Of a stretch of 64,000 bases of DNA, positions 49,791 to 57,575 are shown one piece after another. This DNA comes from Candidatus Aenigmatarchaeota archaeon. Lineage in GTDB: Archaea; Aenigmatarchaeota; Aenigmatarchaeia; CG10238-14; SCSR01. Positions within the stretch are counted from its first letter, which is position 1. Each line of letters starts with the position of its first letter. The translations under genes and the position numbers were made by a program. The notes beneath the pieces are model-generated. The model was not told where the DNA came from, did no database searches, and saw only the letters and a list, made by a program, of their open reading frames with translations. Where the stretch lies: the NCBI GenBank assembly GCA_030615205.1, contig JAUWZS010000001.1, positions 76,993-140,992 on the forward strand, read 5' to 3'.

Positions 49791-49846
49791 GATTTTCACC
49801 TTACATTATTACCTTACATTATTAACTTACATTGTTAAATTTGAAT

Positions 49847-50773
49847 TCAATGTTTTAAAAGAAATACTTTGCTTGGCTCATCTTCATCTTCGATTTTATA
49901 TCCTGTCGCATCTGCCAGCGCGGTCGCAAATTTTCTCATATCTTCCATTGTAGGCACGTTTTCTTCTCCGAGTCTTTGCCGCGATTCTCCTACCCAGCTG
50001 TAGCCTTTTGGTTCGATTATAGCTGGCTCTGCCTTTTTCACAAGTTCAGCATATTTCTCAGGCGATTTTAGATTAAGTCCTTTTACAAGTGTCAAACGTA
50101 AAACAGTACGACAGTTGAAACTTTTCATAAGCTCTAGGCTTTCATTCAATCTCTCCCAGCCATCAGGAATAAGCGGCCTGTTAACTTTCAAGTAAGTCTG
50201 TTTATCTGGTGCGCAAAGACTTATGTAAAGATTTGTGGGTTCGGTTGTTAGTGATTTCAATCTATCCGGTCGTGTACCGTTTGTAACCAAGAACGTTGTC
50301 ATTTTGCGCTTTTTGAATTCTGCGATCAGCTCGGCTATTCGTGGATAAAGTGTTGGTTCGCCTGCCAAGCTTATAGCTGCGCTCGTCGGGTTAATCGCCT
50401 CTTCCCATTTTTTTTTGTCAACAGCTTCGTTGCCTTTAAATCCAGTAAGCAAGAGCCGTCGGGCTGCAATGCAACCATCTATTATTTCTGCAGGTTCGTC
50501 CGGCTTAGGTTCGCCTTTCATTGTAAACTCAAGCATCCTCCAGCAGAATTGGCATTGATGCGTACACCATGTGATTGCCGGAGTTAGCTCAAGGCAACGA
50601 TGTGATTTTATTCCATACCATTTTTCTTTGTAACAAACTCTATTTCTGCGCAAGCTCTCTTTAGTCCAATGACAAATAGCGACTGCTGAATGATTGCCAA
50701 CTATCCTATAGCCTGCGTTTGTAAATCTTTTAACCGCTTCTTTAGGAATCATAAACAATAGTTTGTCACTCAA
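49847..50773 (-). CDS. taw1: 4-demethylwyosine synthase (radical SAM)
   Basis: HSAVAICHWT, CYKEKWYGIKSHRC, CTHQCQFCWR, SLAGEP. Confidence 0.95.
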   Translation of the reverse strand: MSDKLLFMIPKEAVKRFTNAGYRIVGNHSAVAICHWTKESLRRNRVCYKEKWYGIKSHRCLELTPAITWCTHQCQFCWRMLEFTMKGEPKPDEPAEIIDGCIAARRLLLTGFKGNEAVDKKKWEEAINPTSAAISLAGEPTLYPRIAELIAEFKKRKMTTFLVTNGTRPDRLKSLTTEPTNLYISLCAPDKQTYLKVNRPLIPDGWERLNESLELMKSFNCRTVLRLTLVKGLNLKSPEKYAELVKKAEPAIIEPKGYSWVGESRQRLGEENVPTMEDMRKFATALADATGYKIEDEDEPSKVFLLKH

Positions 50774-50778
50774 GTATT

Positions 50779-51375
50779 TTACATTTTATTCTTCCAGTAT
50801 TTGAGGTACTTTTTTATTAAAGGTTCAATTAATTTTCTTCCTGTTTCTGTATACCACAATTTTCCTTCTTTTAGTAATCTTTCTCTCGATTCGACTCGTC
50901 CTCTTGCAAATTCTTGTTCACTCATTTTATATTCTTCCATATACTTGTAAGCTCTTTCATATGAACCCTCGTCTATTTTGTCAAGTGTATCAGCATCTAT
51001 AAGGACTTTAGCTTCTATAGTTTCTGGCTCTATACCTTCATATCGTACATTATGCGCTTTTATACAATGCTGTATTCTCTTTATTTCATGACTTTCATAC
51101 CCAGCTTTTTCTAGGTATGGTACACATTCTTCACCGCCAATTTTACTATGGTATCTCGACTTACCTCCGTATAGAAATCCCACATCATGAAGCAATGCAG
51201 CTGCTAAAAGTATTGACAAGTCTGCTCCTTCTTCTTTCCCAATCTTTACACAATAACCCATTACGTCTGAAATATGTGGCCATCCGTGTGATTCTGGAAT
51301 CTTTTCCAAATCCTGCCTAGAGACTTTGACGAGTTCTTCTAACCTTGAACCTATTGATGCGTAATCGAAATTCAT
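50779..51375 (-). CDS. HD-domain phosphohydrolase
   Basis: HGWPH, LLHDVG, DADTLD. Confidence 0.88.
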   Translation of the reverse strand: MNFDYASIGSRLEELVKVSRQDLEKIPESHGWPHISDVMGYCVKIGKEEGADLSILLAAALLHDVGFLYGGKSRYHSKIGGEECVPYLEKAGYESHEIKRIQHCIKAHNVRYEGIEPETIEAKVLIDADTLDKIDEGSYERAYKYMEEYKMSEQEFARGRVESRERLLKEGKLWYTETGRKLIEPLIKKYLKYWKNKM

Positions 51376-51445
51376 TAAAAAACGTATAGATAACAAAAGT
51401 TTTAAGCTTATTAGATAAAAGGTATTTAATTATTGAAAGGGTTAT

Positions 51446-51539
51446 GCCTCAGTAGCTCAGCTGGTAGAGCAACTGATGATCGAAAGATCAGTTGAACCTT
51501 GTAAGCAGTAGGTCGCGAGTTCAAATCTCGCCTGAGGCT
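51446..51539 (+). tRNA. tRNA-Thr(UGU) with 21-nt intron at non-canonical 30/31 (51476-51496)
   Basis: strict BHB GAG-CAAC-TGA-TGATC-GAAA-GATCA-GTTG-AAC-CTT; spliced ACTGC-CTTGTAA-GCAGT. Confidence 0.95.
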
Positions 51540-51594
51540 TTCTTTTATCCACTCTTTTTATTTCTTCCAACCCTATTAAGATTTAGGTGCTGTT

Positions 51595-52248
51595 GTGTTC
51601 GAATATAAAGGAGTAAAGATAAGCTGGCTTGGGCATGCTGCGTTCAGATTAACAAACAATAAAGTCGTCTATATCGATCCGTTCCAAATAAAAGCTGCTG
51701 CTCCTGCTGACATAGTTCTTATAACACACGAACATTACGATCACTGTAGCATAGAAGACGTTAGAAAAACTTTGAAAGAGAATACTGTGATTGTTACAAC
51801 AGCGGCTGCACAAGACAAACTCAGGACAGTAAATGCTCAATTCTTGCTGGTCGTGCCAGGTAAATCATATTCTATAGACGGCGTTAAAGTCGAAGCTGTA
51901 CCTGCTTATAATGTTGATAAGTTCCGCTCGCCTGGCGTTCCGTATCATCCAGAAAAAGACAACAAGGTCGGCTTCATCATAACTATGAGCGATGTACGCA
52001 TATACCATGCTGGTGATACTGACCTTATACCTGGATTGGAGACAAATGTAAAAAATATAGATGTTGCAATGCTGCCAGTAAGTGGTACATATGTTATGAC
52101 TGCTGAAGAAGCTGCAGAAGCCGTAAAAAAGATAAAGCCGAAAGTAGCGATACCTATGCACATAGGCAGCATAATAGGCAGTAAGGAAGACGCATACAGA
52201 TTTGAAAAACTTGCGAAATGTGAAGTAAAGATATTAGAGAAGGAGTAA
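51595..52248 (+). CDS. metallo-beta-lactamase fold hydrolase
   Basis: WLGHA, IDP, THEHYDH, YHAGDT, IPMH. Confidence 0.92.
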   Translation: MFEYKGVKISWLGHAAFRLTNNKVVYIDPFQIKAAAPADIVLITHEHYDHCSIEDVRKTLKENTVIVTTAAAQDKLRTVNAQFLLVVPGKSYSIDGVKVEAVPAYNVDKFRSPGVPYHPEKDNKVGFIITMSDVRIYHAGDTDLIPGLETNVKNIDVAMLPVSGTYVMTAEEAAEAVKKIKPKVAIPMHIGSIIGSKEDAYRFEKLAKCEVKILEKE

Positions 52249-52250
52249 TA

Positions 52251-52826
52251 ATGAAAATAAGATTCAATGAAATTTTCAAGCCGCAAATTATAAAACTCCT
52301 CATCATATTTTCTTTCTTTGCAATTCTGTTTTGGTTAATTCTGCCTATGCTTCCACCATCTTCTTTTTGGTTCATGCTGCTTATTCCAGCGATTGTTTGG
52401 TTTTACATAGAACTCAAAAACAATTGGAAAGATCGAGGCAGACATAGGATTAAAAAAGCTTTGGTTGTTGGAATAGTGTTAGTGGTATTTAATTTAGTAA
52501 TAAATTACAACGGAAGTGTAATGGGCATCTACACCATTTCCAGTCAATACAGTTTACTTTTAATTTATGGGAGCCCCATAGAGTTGTTGTTACTCTCCTT
52601 TTTTGGTGCAACAGCTTGGTTTTTGCACTTGCATAAGAAGCCCAATTTGCTGCGTAGTATCATCGACGTAATAATACTCTCTTCACTTGGTACTATAGCA
52701 GAATTGTTTATCCTAAGTCCGAATAACTTGATGACTTATATAAATGTAACCTGGCCCGATCCGTTTCTGACGTATGCAATAGTATGGTCATCACTCCATT
52801 TTGTTTACTATAAAGTACTTGAGTGA
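52251..52826 (+). CDS. hypothetical multi-TM membrane protein
   Basis: about 6 hydrophobic helices. Confidence 0.7.
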   Translation: MKIRFNEIFKPQIIKLLIIFSFFAILFWLILPMLPPSSFWFMLLIPAIVWFYIELKNNWKDRGRHRIKKALVVGIVLVVFNLVINYNGSVMGIYTISSQYSLLLIYGSPIELLLLSFFGATAWFLHLHKKPNLLRSIIDVIILSSLGTIAELFILSPNNLMTYINVTWPDPFLTYAIVWSSLHFVYYKVLE

Positions 52827-52866
52827 ATTACTAAAATTATTTTATTTCAAGAATTAATCATTAAGT

Positions 52867-53706
52867 ATGATTAAAATAAAGAAAGGCATTCTCAAAAAAG
52901 TTTATAAAAAACGAAAGCCGTGGTCGCATAAATACGACTTTGGCCACTTGCTGATAATTGGCGGTAGCAAATTATACAGCGGTTCACCTGTACTGGCAGG
53001 CTTAGCAGCGTTAAGAACGGGCGTTGATTTGGTTACAATAATAGCGCCTGAGCGTGCGGCGAACATAGCAGCATCCTTCTCCCCAGATTTAGTTACCTAT
53101 CCGTTGAGAGGAGCCTACTTGAATGCACGGCATCTGAGAGATTTGCTCAAATTTACAAAAGGAAAAACAGCAGTAGTTATTGGCAGCGGGTTGTGGAGAA
53201 TAAAGCCCGTGCTAGACACTGTTGTCGAATATATGAAAAATATAAATCTGCCATGCGTTGTTGACGCAGATGCGATACATGCTATTGCAACAAATAAAAA
53301 AATAAATCTGAAAAACTGTGTGATCACGCCACATGGTAACGAGTTTTTTACATTGTCCGGAATCGAACCTACAACTGAACTGGATAAAAGAATTGAGGCT
53401 GTGAAAAAAGTTGCAATAGAGATGAGAACAATAATTCTGCTTAAAGGACACGTCGATATAATCTCGGATGGCGCAAAAGTGGCGATAAATAAGACTGGCT
53501 CTCCTTACATGACTGTTGGGGGAACAGGCGATACGCTCGCTGGTATTTGCGGCTCGTTGCTTGCACAAGGTATTGACTGCTTTACAGCTGTATGCGCGGC
53601 TGCATACATAAACGGAAAAGCTGGTGATATTGCAGCTAAGCAACTTAAACAGGCTCTGACAGCAACAGATTTAATCAAGGCGCTTCCAAAAGTTATAAAA
53701 GGTTGA
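52867..53706 (+). CDS. nnrD: ADP-dependent NAD(P)H-hydrate dehydratase
   Basis: HKYDFG, IGGS, VVDADA, TPHGNEF, LLKG, GGTGDTLAG. Confidence 0.93.
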   Translation: MIKIKKGILKKVYKKRKPWSHKYDFGHLLIIGGSKLYSGSPVLAGLAALRTGVDLVTIIAPERAANIAASFSPDLVTYPLRGAYLNARHLRDLLKFTKGKTAVVIGSGLWRIKPVLDTVVEYMKNINLPCVVDADAIHAIATNKKINLKNCVITPHGNEFFTLSGIEPTTELDKRIEAVKKVAIEMRTIILLKGHVDIISDGAKVAINKTGSPYMTVGGTGDTLAGICGSLLAQGIDCFTAVCAAAYINGKAGDIAAKQLKQALTATDLIKALPKVIKG

Positions 53707-53737
53707 AACAATAGAAATTTAGTATTCAATCGCACAA

Positions 53738-53854
53738 GGGGTTGTCGTTCAACCTGGCAGGACAACAGGCTCCAGGTTTGTTGAATTTGGAGCATTGATT
53801 CCAAAAATGATAAGAAGAAACCTGTCGATGAGGGTTCAAATCCCTCCGACCCCA
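53738..53854 (+). tRNA. tRNA-Trp(CCA) with 44-nt intron at 37/38 (53776-53819)
   Basis: GGGGTTG/CGACCCC, ACAGG/CCTGT, relaxed BHB; 73 nt after splicing. Confidence 0.94.
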
Positions 53855-53875
53855 TTTTCAATTTTTTGTGATTAT

Positions 53876-54310
53876 ATGAAAATTGCACTTTGTGGCAGCT
53901 TGAGTCTTTGCGACGAAATTCTGAAAGTGAAGGAAGAATTGGAAAGTATGGGGCATAATGCATTGTTACCAGAAGCCATAACAAAATTCTCGCTTAGAAA
54001 CGCTGATGACACTGACGCTTTCAAATCTGATAAAGGAGATTATATGAAAATAAAACCTATCTACATGCGCGACCACTTTGATAAAATAGCTAAAAGCGAT
54101 GCTATACTCGTTGTTAATAAAACAAAAAAAGGAATAGAAAATTATATTGGCGGTAATACATTCGCAGAAATAATGGTAGCATTCTTTCTCAATAAAAAAA
54201 TATTTTTACTAAATCCTATACCAACACACGAATGGTTGTCTGCTTTTCACGAAGAGATAGCAGGTGTAAAACCGATTGTATTGAACGGTAATTTGGATAA
54301 TATAAAATAA
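53876..54310 (+). CDS. nucleoside deoxyribosyltransferase-like fold protein
   Basis: MKIALCGS, SDAILVVN, YIGGNTFAEI; the ORF-track N-terminal extension overlaps tRNA-Trp. Confidence 0.7.
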   Translation: MKIALCGSLSLCDEILKVKEELESMGHNALLPEAITKFSLRNADDTDAFKSDKGDYMKIKPIYMRDHFDKIAKSDAILVVNKTKKGIENYIGGNTFAEIMVAFFLNKKIFLLNPIPTHEWLSAFHEEIAGVKPIVLNGNLDNIK

Positions 54311-54314
54311 TTAT

Positions 54315-55010
54315 TCATTTCCAGCCGTGCTCTCCTCGTAGCGGAACAAACACAACCGGGCCAAGATTTTTCATAACAACCTTACCTTGTTTTGTCTTTT
54401 TCACGCAGACAAGTTCTTGATGCCCATACGGTTCACCAACAGGCGCAATTATCATTCCGCCATTCTTTAACTGTTTGATTAAGGGCTTTGGTATTTCAGG
54501 ACAAGTCGCGCTGATGAGTATCTTATCAAACTTCTTTTTCTCCAGGCCAATGCCTTTAGAGCCATCGCCAAGTATGAGCTGTACTTTTTTAGCGTAGCCG
54601 GACTTCTCCAAACTATTCTTAGCAAAACTATAGACTTCAGGGATGATCTCCACACCGACTACTTCTCCTCTCGGACCCACAAGTTCTTTCATATAAACAA
54701 GAAGTATGCCCGAGCCAGCCCCAATTTCAAGAACCTTCTCACCGGATTTAAAATCAGCAGCAGAAAGATAAATAGCGTGCATGTGCGGGGCAGATATAGT
54801 TGCATCTGATGGTATAGGCAACGGCGTATCGTCATAAGCATTTTCTTTATATTCGGACAGAACAAAATCCTCGCGCCTTATTTTTAGCATTACTTTTTTT
54901 ATTTTCGGATTTTTTATGTATCCGTACTCCTCTAGCCGTTTGATTAGAGCTTTTCTTTTTTCTTCGAATCTGTCGCTCTTCTTTGCTTGTTTTTTTCTCG
55001 GCTTTTTCAT
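54315..55010 (-). CDS. pcm: protein-L-isoaspartate O-methyltransferase
   Basis: RREDFV, AYDD, TISAPHM, VLEIGAGSG, GDGSKG, FVPL. Confidence 0.93.
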   Translation of the reverse strand: MKKPRKKQAKKSDRFEEKRKALIKRLEEYGYIKNPKIKKVMLKIRREDFVLSEYKENAYDDTPLPIPSDATISAPHMHAIYLSAADFKSGEKVLEIGAGSGILLVYMKELVGPRGEVVGVEIIPEVYSFAKNSLEKSGYAKKVQLILGDGSKGIGLEKKKFDKILISATCPEIPKPLIKQLKNGGMIIAPVGEPYGHQELVCVKKTKQGKVVMKNLGPVVFVPLRGEHGWK

Positions 55011-55145
55011 AATCCACAACTAAATTTAACCTTATTTAAATGTTACATGCCGTGCATAAAAGACAAAACAAAGGCTGCGGAACTAACCACCGTGCGTTGT
55101 TGTAAAGAATGATTACATTTTGAGGGCTTCATAATTTTGAGGAGA

Positions 55146-55475
55146 ATGCCTGACAGATATATACATAAAAAATTATCTGAGCTTATACTCGGCGAGTCGT
55201 GTGAGAAAACGCACGCAGCAATAGATGCACCAGTGAAAGAAATGGGACGCGGACACAGAGAGCTTTACCATGATCCTATTTCTGCCGGTCTAATCGGACT
55301 TTTTGAGGATGGATGTAAAGGCGCTATATCCGCTGCTATACATATTGTAACTGACAAATATGCCAATAACTACGTCTCCAAAGAAGTATTGAGGTTTTCG
55401 TTGAAGATGATTGAATATACAAAGACTGAACTGGAAAAAGTTGAAAAGAGGGCTTCTGAAAAAATTAAGTGCTAA
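55146..55475 (+). CDS. hypothetical protein with His/Asp-rich motifs
   Basis: MPDRYIH, H..ID, HRELYHD, HIVTD. Confidence 0.65.
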   Translation: MPDRYIHKKLSELILGESCEKTHAAIDAPVKEMGRGHRELYHDPISAGLIGLFEDGCKGAISAAIHIVTDKYANNYVSKEVLRFSLKMIEYTKTELEKVEKRASEKIKC

Positions 55476-55493
55476 GAAAACGAATTTTGTTTT

Positions 55494-56342
55494 ATGTGGA
55501 GAGCTGCTTTGTCAAAGACTGTTAAAAAAATCAAGTCTGTTGAAATCCAAGGAGCAAAGGAGATTGCTGTTTATTCGCTAAAGTTCTTGCGAAGGTTCTG
55601 CAAAAAGAAAGGATTTGGAAAAGACTTCAGACGCGTTGCAAGCAAGCTGGAAAATGCAAGACCAACTGCTGTGGTTTTACACAACTGTTTAGAGATTATA
55701 CGTGAGGAGAAAAGTTTGGAAACTATTGATGAACTTTTGAAGAAATTGGAAAATGTTAACAAAAAAATCGCTGTGAACGGGTTAAAGCTGTTCAAAAGGA
55801 AAAAATATATGATTCTCACGCATTGCCATTCTGATGAAGCACTTGCTGTAATCAAGAAATTAAAAAGAAAGGGTAAGAAAATATCTGTTATTGCCACAAA
55901 AACAGAGCCACTCAAGCAAGGAGTAAGAACAGTAAAAGAACTTACACACGCACGCATACCTGTCACATTGATAATAGATTCTGCTGTTGGACATTTCATG
56001 CCAGATGTTGATGCAGTCATTGTCGGAACAGATGCAATAAGAAAAAAAGGTGTTGTAAACAAAATAGGCACTAGACTTTATGCGACTGCTGCAAAAGAAT
56101 ACAATAAACCATTCTATGTTGTTGGTAATACACTAAAATTGGACAAAAGGAGAAAATTCGAGATTGAAGAGCGGCCAGCTAAAGAAGTTTATATGGAACT
56201 GAAGAGCGGGAAACTCAAAAGAGTAAAAATAAGAAACCCTGCATTTGACATAACGCCTTGGAAATTCGTTTCAAAAGTAATAACCGAACGAGGGGTTTAT
56301 ACACCATCACAAATAAAGAAGATGTTAAGGCGGAGCAAATGA
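55494..56342 (+). CDS. ribose-1,5-bisphosphate isomerase (eIF2B-like)
   Basis: IQGA, ARPT, THCHS, VGTD, NKIGT, NPAFDITP; in operon with rbcL and AMP phosphorylase. Confidence 0.9.
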   Translation: MWRAALSKTVKKIKSVEIQGAKEIAVYSLKFLRRFCKKKGFGKDFRRVASKLENARPTAVVLHNCLEIIREEKSLETIDELLKKLENVNKKIAVNGLKLFKRKKYMILTHCHSDEALAVIKKLKRKGKKISVIATKTEPLKQGVRTVKELTHARIPVTLIIDSAVGHFMPDVDAVIVGTDAIRKKGVVNKIGTRLYATAAKEYNKPFYVVGNTLKLDKRRKFEIEERPAKEVYMELKSGKLKRVKIRNPAFDITPWKFVSKVITERGVYTPSQIKKMLRRSK

Positions 56343-57571
56343 AATATGAAGATTTTGTAAACAAAAGTTACAAACCAAAGAGGAGCGATGTGATATGCAG
56401 TTTTTATCTTGAGCCGAATAGAGTTAGTACGAAATATGCTGCTGGTGGTGTGGCAGCAGAAAGCTCGATTGGAACTTGGACAGAATTAAAAACTATGCAT
56501 AAATATATTGAAAAGATAGCCGCAACTGTTTTTGAGATTAAAGGCGACAAAAGACAAGCAACTATCAAAATAGCTTATCCGATCAGATTGTTCGATCTTG
56601 GAAATATGCCAAACATTTTGAGCAGCATCGCCGGCAATGTTTTCGGCCTAAAGGAATTAAAGAATCTGCGGCTGAGCGATATTACACTGCCGAAAAAACT
56701 TGTGAAAAGTTTCAAAGGTCCAAGATATGGCATAAGCGGAATAAGAAGAATTTTAGATATTGAAAACAGACCGATTATCGGCACAATCATAAAACCTAAA
56801 CTTGGTTTGCGAACTGCCCATCATGCAAAAACCGCTTATAATGCATGGGTCGGCGGATGTGATATTGTAAAAGATGATGAAAATCTGGCTAATCAAAGTT
56901 TTAACAGATTCTCTAAAAGAGTTAATGCTACATTAAAGATGCGTGACCTCGCTGAACGAAAGACCAGAGAGCGGAAAGCATACCTCCCGAACATAACTGC
57001 AGAAACTGATGACATGATAAGATGGGCGAAATATGTGAAAGAACATGGCGGAAGGTATGCAATGGTTGATGTACTTACTGTTGGTTGGTCTGCTTTGCAA
57101 ACTCTGCGCGAGCACTCGTTTGGCCTGATTTTACATGCCCATCGTGCAATGCATGCTGCAATAACAAAGAATCCCAGGCACGGCATCTCAATGAAGGTTT
57201 TTGCAAAACTGTTGCGAATTGTGGGCGTGGATCAATTGCATGTGGGAACGGCTGTAGGAAAGATGAACGAAAGCAGAGAAGAAGTTTTAGAAAATATTCA
57301 CGCGTTAACGGACAAAATGTATGATATTAAAAAAGTTATGCCCGTTGCTTCTGGTGGGTTGCATCCATTAATTATTCCGGCAGTAACAAAAATTTTCGGA
57401 AAGGATGTAATAATTCAAATGGGTGGTGGAGTTCATGGCCATCCGGGTGGTACGCGTGCAGGTGCTATGGCAGTCCGTCAGGCATTACACGCGATTGAAA
57501 ATAAAGTATCGTTAAAAAAATATGCGGTAAATCACAAAGAACTGAAAGCAGCAATAAAAAAATGGGGCTAG
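56339..57571 (+). CDS. rbcL: form III RuBisCO large subunit
   Basis: AAESSIGTW, GNVFG, IIKPKLG, DIVKDDE, HAHRAMH, GKM, ASGG, GGG. Confidence 0.96.
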   Translation: MKYEDFVNKSYKPKRSDVICSFYLEPNRVSTKYAAGGVAAESSIGTWTELKTMHKYIEKIAATVFEIKGDKRQATIKIAYPIRLFDLGNMPNILSSIAGNVFGLKELKNLRLSDITLPKKLVKSFKGPRYGISGIRRILDIENRPIIGTIIKPKLGLRTAHHAKTAYNAWVGGCDIVKDDENLANQSFNRFSKRVNATLKMRDLAERKTRERKAYLPNITAETDDMIRWAKYVKEHGGRYAMVDVLTVGWSALQTLREHSFGLILHAHRAMHAAITKNPRHGISMKVFAKLLRIVGVDQLHVGTAVGKMNESREEVLENIHALTDKMYDIKKVMPVASGGLHPLIIPAVTKIFGKDVIIQMGGGVHGHPGGTRAGAMAVRQALHAIENKVSLKKYAVNHKELKAAIKKWG

Positions 57572-57575
57572 ATGT

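Noticed and set aside
51473-51480. CTGATGA at the tRNA-Thr(UGU) exon-intron junction as C/D boxes
   Set aside because: Fully explained by the BHB bulge and the TGATC/GATCA hairpin; no room for a guide.
53795-53875. ORF-track N-terminal extension of the 53876 gene
   Set aside because: Overlaps tRNA-Trp and its intron.
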